Positions 39,147 through 47,643 of a stretch of 64,000 nucleotides of DNA are shown here, one piece after another; position 1 is the stretch's first letter; every line of letters starts with the position of its first letter. Made by a program: the position numbers and the translations under genes. Source of the stretch: a virus; IMG/VR virus record IMGVR_UViG_3300017987_000006, positions 114,260-178,259 of that record. One strand, 5' to 3'. The notes beneath the pieces are model-generated. The model ran no database searches. It saw only the letters and a list, made by a program, of their open reading frames with translations, and was not told the origin of the DNA.

Positions 39147-40274
39147 ATGTCAGCACAAGCACAAGCGATCACCGAACTCTTCTCCCAGCGACTCGAGTCC
39201 ACCGAAGGCCGCGAGAAGATCGCCGAGTACGGCGGCAACTACATCCGCGACCGTCTGCGCGAGGTCAGCTTTGCGCGGAAGGTCATCCCCACCCAACCCG
39301 TCACCCGCACCGACTGCCAGCGCAGCGTGAACCACGACACGCTGGTGAAGATCGTCGATGTGGAGCCCAAGAGCCGCGCGATGGCGATGACCTTCCGGGG
39401 TCAGCCTTCCGCGAATCTGATCAGCGCGCCGCGCGCCGAGATCCCCTTCCTGACGATCAGCTCGGAGAAGTTCGAGAAGTTCGAGCAGGAGCTCCTGGCC
39501 TACGAGATGCCGATCACCAAGGTGATCGAGGACAACTCGGTCAAGGACATCCAGGAGATCGAGGACCGCGAGTTCCTGATCCACATCGAGGCCGCCGTGC
39601 AGGCGCTGCAGGCCGAGGCCAACAGTGCCGCCACCGCACCCGCCCTCAACGCCACCGCCCTGCAGGGCGCGACGCCGCCGGTGGAGTTCTCGGTGCGCAA
39701 GGGCGAGCTCGCCCGCGCTTCGACCACCGACACCGCCGTGCCGCTGCCGCTGCAGCGTCCGGACATCGTCCAGCTGTACAAGCTGCTCGACGGCAACCGC
39801 CTCCGCGCCGAGATGACCCTGTTGACCGAGGTCGACTGGGACGACATCCTGATGTGGACGGTGGAGGACTTCGGCGATCGGATCCAGAGCGAGACCACGA
39901 CCGACGGGTACAAGTACAACACCCTGCTCGGCCGTGCCTACGTGCGGACGATCAAGACCGATCTCCTGCGCCCCGGCAACCTGTACACCTTCACCAAGCC
40001 GGAGTTCTTCGGGCGTTTCTACGTCCTGAACAACACGAAGTTCTACATCGACAAGATCGCGAACCTGATCACCTGGCAGAGCTGGGAGGACATCGCGATC
40101 GGCATCGTGAACATCGCGGCCGTCCGGAAGGTGGAGCTCTATAGTGGTGACGCCACCGTGAACGACACCGACAGCATCCTCTCTTCGGTCATCCCGTCGG
40201 ACGAGGAGGACCTCGGTGCCGTGAACAACCGCGTCGCGGAGGGTCTGCACTACCCGGCGGTGGAGCAGTTCTAG
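39147..40274 (+). CDS. Major capsid protein
   Basis: 375 aa, strongest codon bias in the window, AAGGAGG RBS; IRDRLREVSFARKVIP...KIVDVEP...IQEIEDREF pattern; position in head module. Confidence 0.75.
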   Translation: MSAQAQAITELFSQRLESTEGREKIAEYGGNYIRDRLREVSFARKVIPTQPVTRTDCQRSVNHDTLVKIVDVEPKSRAMAMTFRGQPSANLISAPRAEIPFLTISSEKFEKFEQELLAYEMPITKVIEDNSVKDIQEIEDREFLIHIEAAVQALQAEANSAATAPALNATALQGATPPVEFSVRKGELARASTTDTAVPLPLQRPDIVQLYKLLDGNRLRAEMTLLTEVDWDDILMWTVEDFGDRIQSETTTDGYKYNTLLGRAYVRTIKTDLLRPGNLYTFTKPEFFGRFYVLNNTKFYIDKIANLITWQSWEDIAIGIVNIAAVRKVELYSGDATVNDTDSILSSVIPSDEEDLGAVNNRVAEGLHYPAVEQF

Positions 40275-40289
40275 CGCACTCAACCCCAC

Positions 40290-40315
40290 GGGAGGGGGAG
40301 GAGTCTCCCCCTCCC
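40290..40315 (+). terminator. 11-bp GC hairpin after MCP
   Basis: GGGAGGGGGAG-GAGT-CTCCCCCTCCC, no U tract. Confidence 0.5.
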
Positions 40316-40423
40316 TTCCCCAGCTACTTGGTCGGTCGTGCCCGCGATCCCCTGGCTGGTGAAAAGATGCTTCTCATGGAGCTCAACAATCGGGTACGAT
40401 AACCTGTCACGGAGGGAACTCAT

Positions 40424-41158
40424 ATGACAGATGAACAAGTCCAGACCGAACAGGAAGATCTGGATAAACAAATCCCTGCTGAGCAGGAAGCTCTGAAGGT
40501 TCCCGTCCGCGATGGGCGGGCCGCCGGTGCTTTAAAGCCCGGAAACCACTACATCATCAAAAACGTGGTGCGCCGCGTCCAGTCTCGTCTGAGGCGGTAT
40601 GCGGGTCCGACCAGACTCAAGTTCAAACAGTTTGTGGCGGGCCGTCGCCTGCTGCGGAACCAGAGCATGCCGCTCGACGCGGAGACTTTCGGAAAGTACT
40701 CCAAGGAGATCTTGGAGGGCGTCCGTGCGGGCGCGCTCGAGGTCATCGATCCAGACGGGTGGCGGTACTTTGCTGATGTCCACGGTTCAGTAAGCCGGTC
40801 TCGTGGAATGGAGGTCGTCTCGCTGGAGCCAAAGAAGGCACAGGCGGGAGAGCCTCCGCATCCGCCACCGGCCGAGCCCACGGGAGATGTGGATGCTCCA
40901 AATCCACCGACCACGGGAGAGGCCCCGTTGGAAGAGACTGATACTGCAGAGGAAACCGTCTCGGGGGAGGTAGAGCCGGACGACTTGACCGAGTTGCCCG
41001 GTGTTGGCTCAGGCCGCGCCAAGAAGCTCGTGGAAGCAGGTGTAGTCAGCTTCTCTCAGATCGCCGCAATGGAGCCGGAGTCACTGGCCGAGCTCCTGGG
41101 CGTGACGGAGGAGGTGGCCGAGAACATCATCGAGGCTGCCGACCAGGAGGAGGTGTGA
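40424..41158 (+). CDS. Protein with C-terminal helix-hairpin-helix domain
   Basis: DDLTELPGVGSGRAKKLVEAGVVSFSQIA. Confidence 0.7.
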   Translation: MTDEQVQTEQEDLDKQIPAEQEALKVPVRDGRAAGALKPGNHYIIKNVVRRVQSRLRRYAGPTRLKFKQFVAGRRLLRNQSMPLDAETFGKYSKEILEGVRAGALEVIDPDGWRYFADVHGSVSRSRGMEVVSLEPKKAQAGEPPHPPPAEPTGDVDAPNPPTTGEAPLEETDTAEETVSGEVEPDDLTELPGVGSGRAKKLVEAGVVSFSQIAAMEPESLAELLGVTEEVAENIIEAADQEEV

Positions 41159-41159
41159 G

Positions 41160-41594
41160 ATGGCCAAGGTCCCCGTCAAGAACACTTTCACCAAGGCGAT
41201 CCGTATCGGTCATGACGTCATCCAGCGTAAGCAGGTGATGTCGATCGAGGAAACCCTGCTCTACTCTCCGCGGGTTCAACGGCTCAAAGAGTCTGGGAAG
41301 CTGGATTTTCCCTACTATCCCCTGGAGAAGGCCCAGACCGAGGGCCAAAATCAAAATCCCGCGTCGGGGGTTGGCGGCGAGGTCGTGGAGGTCGTGGAAG
41401 TCGTGGAAGAGGACAATCTGAAGGTGCTCCCGCACATCGGAGACAGCCGTGCTGCCAAGCTCGAGTCCGTGGGCATTGAGAGCTTCGCGGATCTAGCATC
41501 AATGGATGCCGGGGTGCTGGACGGTCTGTTGGAAATCACCCACAGCCAGGCGGAGGAGATAATCGCCGCCGCGAAGGAGCTGCTGGGTGGCTGA
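41160..41594 (+). CDS. Protein with C-terminal helix-hairpin-helix domain (similar to upstream gene)
   Basis: DNLKVLPHIGDSRAAKLESVGIESFADLA. Confidence 0.7.
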   Translation: MAKVPVKNTFTKAIRIGHDVIQRKQVMSIEETLLYSPRVQRLKESGKLDFPYYPLEKAQTEGQNQNPASGVGGEVVEVVEVVEEDNLKVLPHIGDSRAAKLESVGIESFADLASMDAGVLDGLLEITHSQAEEIIAAAKELLGG

Positions 41595-42102
41595 ACTCCA
41601 GGGCATGGGGGACATCCCTGGTCTATCTGACGAGTTCAACGGGTTCATCCACATGATGCGCCTGTGGATGCGAGATCATCCACAACTCAACCGATTGATC
41701 AGGGGCGTCGAACACTCGAACAGGTTGATCGCCTGGGCGGTACTGGACTTCGTATCCGATTTCAACCAGACCCCTCCTCCGCTTGGCTTGTACTCACTCG
41801 AGCAGCTGTTGCGTCTCGGGTATACAAGTCTGGCGCGGAGGGGGACGGCCATCGCCCTGTTCGAATCCACCTCTGTTCTGCAGATCAGAAACCAGCTCAA
41901 CTTTTCGGATGGCGGGATCAATGTTGCAGTGTCGGACAAAGCCCCCCAGCTTCAGTCCTGGCTTGCCATGTTCCAGAGCAAGTACGAGCAGGATAAGACG
42001 AAGATCAAGATCTCACTCAACATCCACTCGATCTTGGGCGAGTTCGGTCAGCACAGTGAATACGCGCTGATCAATTCATTTTACGGCGCTCTATTCACGT
42101 AG
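41587..42102 (+). CDS. Putative head-tail adaptor (neck) protein
   Basis: RDHPQLNRLI, SDFNQTPP, NFSDGG; size and position after capsid genes. Confidence 0.55.
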   Translation: MAELQGMGDIPGLSDEFNGFIHMMRLWMRDHPQLNRLIRGVEHSNRLIAWAVLDFVSDFNQTPPPLGLYSLEQLLRLGYTSLARRGTAIALFESTSVLQIRNQLNFSDGGINVAVSDKAPQLQSWLAMFQSKYEQDKTKIKISLNIHSILGEFGQHSEYALINSFYGALFT

Positions 42103-42111
42103 GAGAAGCCG

Positions 42112-42552
42112 ATGCTTTACGTCAGAGAGTTTGGATCACGAAAAGAGTTGGAGCTTTTCATCCAGGACAAAATCTTGGGAGGGAAGGTCTTTCCGGCCCT
42201 GGGGGACAACATCAACGTCAGAGCCAAGACCTTGACGTTCACCACGCCCCTGGTAACCATCACCTTCCCCGATACCTCAGCGTTCGAGACGGCGACTCCG
42301 GCGGAGATCCAGGCGGAGGCGGACAGCCAATCTTCAGGACGACTCTCGTTGGTGAAGGCTCCGGCCGGGCCTGCCGGGAACTTCCTTTTTGCGCTGCTCA
42401 CCGATGGCAACGTCTTCACCGGAGGAACGGCGGCGGCCGTCCTTGGGCTTGCCGCGGGAACAGTCGGGGCAAATAAGCTCGCAGTGGCCGATGTGGTCAA
42501 CGTCTACTACGTGGAGAAGTCCGCGCAGTACGGCATCGTCTACGACGCGTAG
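42112..42552 (+). CDS. Hypothetical structural protein
   Basis: AGGAG RBS, within structural operon. Confidence 0.55.
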   Translation: MLYVREFGSRKELELFIQDKILGGKVFPALGDNINVRAKTLTFTTPLVTITFPDTSAFETATPAEIQAEADSQSSGRLSLVKAPAGPAGNFLFALLTDGNVFTGGTAAAVLGLAAGTVGANKLAVADVVNVYYVEKSAQYGIVYDA

Positions 42553-42566
42553 GAGGACCAAATCCC

Positions 42567-44657
42567 ATGGACAAGCTCTCAAGATACCTCAGCGCCGAAG
42601 AGACCCACGATATCCCGTGGGCGAAAGCCTCGGCGTTCTTTCTCACCATCAAAGAGCAGACCAAGGAGGCCGAGTCGCCGTCCCGATCTCTGACGCCTGA
42701 ACAGAGAGCGCGCATCAATCGCGCCGCATTCGCTCAGGACGCACAGCAGGCAAAGTACAAAGGGCTGATGTCTGGTATCCGCTCGTCTGCAGCCGCGGAC
42801 GTGCGAGAGGCGGAGAAGACCAAGCGGCAACGCGGGAAGCGTGTTGGCGGTGAGGTCGGGACCGTCGGCGGGGCCGCCGCGGGGTACATGGCTGGCCGCA
42901 AGGCTGGCATCGCCGGTAAGATCGGTGGAACGGCCATTGGGGCGCTGATGGGCCGCGGCTTGGGGAAGACGGTAGGGGAGGAGATCGATCGGAAGCGGAC
43001 GATCAAAAAGTACAACAAAGAATCGGCGAGCCCAGGCACCAACAAAAAGGCTGAGATGGAGAAGTGGACCACCAAAACCGCCTCCATCTCTCGCGTCCGG
43101 GAAATGTGGAAGCTGGCCGATGGGATTCCCGAGGGCGAGGCCCTTCCTGGCGGCGCGGACAACGAGCCTGTCGTTGTCGAACCTGAAGTGGCGAGTGAGG
43201 CCAAGCCCAGCACGATGGCCGAGGAGAAGATGACGCCCGACGTGCTGGAGCGACAACGCGCCGAGCAGCTCCTGGCCGAAGAAGCCATGGCAGATCAAAT
43301 GTCCGAGGTGAACGAGGCCGAGTACTACCGCCAGGTCGCTCAGGAGGCGATGCAGGGTCTGGAAGAGATGCAGGCGATGTTGCAGCAGACGCAGGCTGCG
43401 GCCGAACAAGCGGGACAGCAGGCGCAGATGTCCCAGATGCAGGCAGATCAAGCTGTGCAGCAGGCGACGCAGCAGAGCCAAGATCAGGCCATGCAGAACC
43501 AGCAGCTCACCGCGCAGTTGGAGGCACAGTCACAGGAGCTCGCTGGCAGTAAGCAGGCGATCATGCAGATGCGGCAGGCCATGCAGAACTACCGCGAGCA
43601 TCTACAGGACTTGGCGCTGCAAGATCCAACGGCCGCTGCTGGTCCGTCTCCAGAGGAGCAGGGGATGATGGAGCAGGAAGCCGCAGCGCGGGAGGAGGCC
43701 CAGGCCGCAGAGGCAGGTGCCGGAGCCCCAATGAGCGGCGAGTCCGCCAAGCAGGTGGAGGAAGCGCAGCAGGCACAGGAGGAGGCTGGTAAGCAGACGG
43801 CTCAGGCTGAGCGGGCTACGGCTAAAGACCAGGCCAAGCAGGAGGCGAAGGACGCGGGTGTGACGGTGAACGTCGGCGGTCAAACCAAGACGGCCTTTTC
43901 CAGGGAGGATGCGTTACTCGCCGTAGTGCTTCATGATCTGAGGCGTGGGAAGGCGATCGGAGCAACGAAAGCCCAACAAAAAAGGGAGTACCGCCAGCTC
44001 AAAAAGAGGGGGAAGGTCATAAGTGGGCCGGGGAGACCGGCAGTGGTGGCCCTGAGACAAAAGACGGCGGCCGACAAATCCACGAAGCGGAATGCAGCCA
44101 TCGCAGCTGGAATCGCCGGGACGGCGATCGGAGGCGGGCTCTTGCTGCGGAAGGCCGCGAAGAGCGGAAAGCTGAGAGAGCTTATCGCGCGGACCACCAA
44201 CAGGGCCAAGAAGACCGGAGATGTTCACCAGAGCAACATGAAGAAGTTGGAGGAGCTGACCGATCGTACCGGGAAGGTGAGAGACGAGCTCAAGGACCTC
44301 AACGCCTGGATGAGCAAGCAGGCCGATTGGTCCTCGCGTGCCGTCGGAGCAGGCATCGGAGCCGCCGGGGCCGCCGGGCTGCAGAGCGCATCCGACAGAG
44401 TGGGTCCGAAAGGGATCTCAGAGAAGGAGCGCATCCTGCGCGCCAAGCTCCGCCACTACCAGCAGAAAAAGGACAAGGGGGCTCTGGACAAGTACAAGGT
44501 CGTGATGACCAGAGCGCTGGCCGACACGGCAAAGATCAACCGTGAAGATCCACGCGCGGCCGCGGTGATAGCGGCGCTGGGTGGTGCGACAGCGGGAGCA
44601 GCTGCAGCTCCTGCGGTGGCTCGTCTAGGCAAGCGCATTCTAAGGAGAGGGAGATGA
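42567..44657 (+). CDS. Putative internal/ejection protein (glycine zippers, Q-rich coiled coil, K-x-A sites)
   Basis: GGAAAGY..G..AG and GAGIGAAG segments; long Q/A/E heptad region. Confidence 0.55.
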   Translation: MDKLSRYLSAEETHDIPWAKASAFFLTIKEQTKEAESPSRSLTPEQRARINRAAFAQDAQQAKYKGLMSGIRSSAAADVREAEKTKRQRGKRVGGEVGTVGGAAAGYMAGRKAGIAGKIGGTAIGALMGRGLGKTVGEEIDRKRTIKKYNKESASPGTNKKAEMEKWTTKTASISRVREMWKLADGIPEGEALPGGADNEPVVVEPEVASEAKPSTMAEEKMTPDVLERQRAEQLLAEEAMADQMSEVNEAEYYRQVAQEAMQGLEEMQAMLQQTQAAAEQAGQQAQMSQMQADQAVQQATQQSQDQAMQNQQLTAQLEAQSQELAGSKQAIMQMRQAMQNYREHLQDLALQDPTAAAGPSPEEQGMMEQEAAAREEAQAAEAGAGAPMSGESAKQVEEAQQAQEEAGKQTAQAERATAKDQAKQEAKDAGVTVNVGGQTKTAFSREDALLAVVLHDLRRGKAIGATKAQQKREYRQLKKRGKVISGPGRPAVVALRQKTAADKSTKRNAAIAAGIAGTAIGGGLLLRKAAKSGKLRELIARTTNRAKKTGDVHQSNMKKLEELTDRTGKVRDELKDLNAWMSKQADWSSRAVGAGIGAAGAAGLQSASDRVGPKGISEKERILRAKLRHYQQKKDKGALDKYKVVMTRALADTAKINREDPRAAAVIAALGGATAGAAAAPAVARLGKRILRRGR

Positions 44658-45640
44658 ATCTCGATCAGTGGCTGAAGGAAGTCTACGATGAAGAGAACGT
44701 ATCCAAGGAAGCATCTGGTCTGGAGGCGATGCTAGACCAGATGAGCCTGGGAGATCTGCGCGACCTATCACTTGGCCGCACAACGCTCGAGAAGGTGGCG
44801 GCGAAGATGACGCAGACGAAGCGTGAGGCGTTGCCGTCTAAGTCGTTCGCCGTGCCTCAGAGCAAAGCGAAGAAGATAGGGGTGGCGGGGGAGATCAAGG
44901 GAGAGGCCAAGGGGAAGTACCCCATCCCGGACGTGAAGCATGCCCGCAACGCACTGGCCCGAGTTTCGCAGTTCGGCAGTCCAGCTGAGCGGGAAGCGGT
45001 GAGGAGCAAGGTCTACGGCAAGTTCCCGCATCTCAAGGCAGGATTCGAGCAGCGTCACGGGGAGAGCCCAACCTCGAAGGGGAACATCAAGAAGGTGGAG
45101 CAGGGCGGCATCGGCAAGTCTGCTGGCATGATGCGCCCGGACCAGCCGCGAGCCAAAGATCTGGTCAGCGGGCGCGGCCCGGAGGCCAGGGCAGCCAGGA
45201 TGGCCATTCGCGAGAAGCTGCGTGAGGGGTGCCCGGTTGGTGAGGAGATCGACAAGCAGCTTGGTATCAAGAAGGCCGCCTCGGCCCAGTTCGAGTTCAT
45301 GGACAAGGTCGCCAGGCATCTGGCCCACGTCCACACGGAGGAGGCGGAGAAGCTAGCGGTGGGGGGACGCGTGGGTAAGTTTCTGACGAAGCACAAGAAG
45401 GTTGGTTTGGGGGCCGTGGCCACAGCTCCCATCGCCTACATGGCGGGCGTGGCCAGCGGATACAAGCAGGGCAAGGGTATGGAGAAGCGCGACGAGTTCA
45501 CCTCCCCGGAAGCGCAGGCCAAGGCCAAAGTGATGAGCCGCGCGCTCAAGTCCACGAAGGGTGCTCCGCCGAACGTTCGCAAGGGCGCGGTCAAGGTCGT
45601 GGCCAAGGAGATGCGGAAAGCCGCAGCAGCCTTGAGGTAG
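44654..45640 (+). CDS. Virion protein with DUF6582-like module
   Basis: REALPSKSFAVP...KYPIPDVKHARNALARVSQFG...VYGKFPHL. Confidence 0.55.
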   Translation: MNLDQWLKEVYDEENVSKEASGLEAMLDQMSLGDLRDLSLGRTTLEKVAAKMTQTKREALPSKSFAVPQSKAKKIGVAGEIKGEAKGKYPIPDVKHARNALARVSQFGSPAEREAVRSKVYGKFPHLKAGFEQRHGESPTSKGNIKKVEQGGIGKSAGMMRPDQPRAKDLVSGRGPEARAARMAIREKLREGCPVGEEIDKQLGIKKAASAQFEFMDKVARHLAHVHTEEAEKLAVGGRVGKFLTKHKKVGLGAVATAPIAYMAGVASGYKQGKGMEKRDEFTSPEAQAKAKVMSRALKSTKGAPPNVRKGAVKVVAKEMRKAAAALR

Positions 45641-46543
45641 ATGCTCAACGTCGAGTTCCAGAACCTCCTCGTCCGGTCCTTCACATTGGACTGGCTCGAG
45701 CTAAGCTGGGAGATCAAGAACACCACCCTCGATCCCCACGACTTCGATTGGTCCGTCGAGCGTAGTGAGTCTCCGCTCGGGCCGTGGGACCCACTCACGG
45801 ACGCCTTCCAAGACCGGTACCAGTTCATAGATAACCGCGTGAACCTGGAGCACCGCTGGCGTCAGTTGTACTACCGCCTCAAGAGCGTCAGGAAGAACGA
45901 CGCGACCGATGTGGTCTACTCGGACGCCGCCACGCTCGCCGCAGATCCCGATTTGATCGCTCAGGAGATCCGCTTACTTGAGCAGACGGTCTTCAAGGAG
46001 TTCATCGGACGGACCTGCTGGTTGTTTCCCGTCCGCACCTTCGGTCAGTACTGTCCACATTGCATGGACGTGGGTAAGGGCGGGACGTATCGAAAGATCA
46101 GATCGAACTGCTTGACGTGTTATGACACGAAGTACGCTCGGGGCTACATGGACCCGATGGAACTGAGTGTTCAATTCGATCCTTCACCGAAGGCTCAGCA
46201 GGCTTTGGGGACCGGCGAGACGCAACAGTCGAATACCACAGCCAGAATGAGTTACTTCCCATTGGTGAAGCCAGGCGATATAATCGTAGAGCCTGAGAAC
46301 AGGCGGTGGAGGGTGGTAAAGGTCTCCTCCACCGAGCGACTGAGAGCGAAGGTCCACCATGAGATGACCCTACATGAGATCTCCAAGGGCGATATCGAGT
46401 TCGCGATGGAGATCGACGTAGGAGAGCTCAGGAACCTCGCACCCAGCCCGGAACGCAACTTCTCCAACCCCCAAAACCTGGAAGCCTTCGAGGACGAGGC
46501 GATAGCAGCGACGTTGGTGGCTTATGGATACGACAACGAGTAG
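45641..46543 (+). CDS. Putative neck/head-closure protein
   Basis: FN3-like N-terminus, CPHC/CLTC pairs, PLVKPGDIIVE..NRRWRV. Confidence 0.55.
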   Translation: MLNVEFQNLLVRSFTLDWLELSWEIKNTTLDPHDFDWSVERSESPLGPWDPLTDAFQDRYQFIDNRVNLEHRWRQLYYRLKSVRKNDATDVVYSDAATLAADPDLIAQEIRLLEQTVFKEFIGRTCWLFPVRTFGQYCPHCMDVGKGGTYRKIRSNCLTCYDTKYARGYMDPMELSVQFDPSPKAQQALGTGETQQSNTTARMSYFPLVKPGDIIVEPENRRWRVVKVSSTERLRAKVHHEMTLHEISKGDIEFAMEIDVGELRNLAPSPERNFSNPQNLEAFEDEAIAATLVAYGYDNE

Positions 46544-46895
46544 GGCGTTCTACGACGAGCTGGAAAAGATTTCCTCTTCCTCTGGTGAAGATCTCCGAGA
46601 CCCAAGCGGGGGGCGCGTTACCAAACAGAAGCTGAAGGGCCTGGTTCGTTATGGTGGGGCCGGAGCGCTGGGGGCTGGTGTTGGTTACGGCGTCGGCAAG
46701 ACGGTGGGCGGCAAGCTGGAAGGCAGTCTCGTTCGCGGCGGGATGCAAATCGGCAAGGCCAGAGCGCTGAGATATGCGCTTCCCATACTGGCTGCTACTG
46801 GTGCAGGATTGGGGTTGGCCCGGATGAGTCTCAGCAACAAGATGAAGAGGAAGATCTTAGAGGATGAGCGTCGCGTCAGCAAGCGTACCCCCTAG
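46524..46895 (+). CDS. Small DELEKI-motif protein with glycine zipper
   Basis: RAFYDELEKISS; GGAGALGAGVGYG. Confidence 0.6.
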   Translation: MDTTTSRAFYDELEKISSSSGEDLRDPSGGRVTKQKLKGLVRYGGAGALGAGVGYGVGKTVGGKLEGSLVRGGMQIGKARALRYALPILAATGAGLGLARMSLSNKMKRKILEDERRVSKRTP

Positions 46896-47643
46896 CACCG
46901 CTTACACTCCCAGCTGGGCGGAGAATCCCGTCCTGCAGCTGCGGAAGACGGTGCTCGGCTTCTTACAAGGTCTATTCGAAGAGGCTGAAGTTTCCTGCTT
47001 TCGCTGGCACGAGAGTTTGGAGGACACAGAAATCGTCATCACAGACGAGTTTCCGCTGAAGCTGGATGTCGTGGGTAAGCGCCCGGCCATCACGCTGGTC
47101 CGGGGCGCGATGTCGTGGAACAAGACATCCATCGGGGAGATGCTCTCCCTGAACATGGCTAACGATCAAAAGAAGCGGTCCGATTTAGTCAGCGGGACTA
47201 TCTCCATCAACTGCTGTGCCCGCGATGATCTGGAGAGCGAGTACATTGCGCTGATCGTCGCGCGGCATCTGTGGATATTGGGCCCACTGCTTCAAAAAGG
47301 CACGCCGATCCATGAGATCGGACGTGGGGTGCAACTCGGCTCGCCCAGTCCTGCCGGAGCGATCGTGGTGGGGGATACTGAGGGGGAGTGGATCAATACA
47401 CCCGTCACGACCCCTTATTTCATTCAGGAAACAAACTCCGTGCAGCCGCTAGGCCAGCAGCTGCTGCGGAGACTGTCGTTAAGACTTGGAGTTCGCGGAG
47501 GAGCCCAGGTTGGTAACACCCCCGTCAGATATCAGGCCAGGCAGACTGGTCTGCGACAGCCGACGATCAGGGGGAGACCTATTCGAAATGTCTCGTTCGA
47601 GCAAACGCTCGTGGTAACAGATGAGGAGAATCCAAATGGCTAA
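46864..47643 (+). CDS. Putative tail completion/terminator protein
   Basis: Directly before sheath; RPAITLVRG pattern. Confidence 0.5.
   Translation: MSVASASVPPSTAYTPSWAENPVLQLRKTVLGFLQGLFEEAEVSCFRWHESLEDTEIVITDEFPLKLDVVGKRPAITLVRGAMSWNKTSIGEMLSLNMANDQKKRSDLVSGTISINCCARDDLESEYIALIVARHLWILGPLLQKGTPIHEIGRGVQLGSPSPAGAIVVGDTEGEWINTPVTTPYFIQETNSVQPLGQQLLRRLSLRLGVRGGAQVGNTPVRYQARQTGLRQPTIRGRPIRNVSFEQTLVVTDEENPNG

Noticed and set aside
39150-40289. 379-aa antisense ORF spanning the MCP
   Set aside because: Mirror of extreme codon bias; no independent evidence
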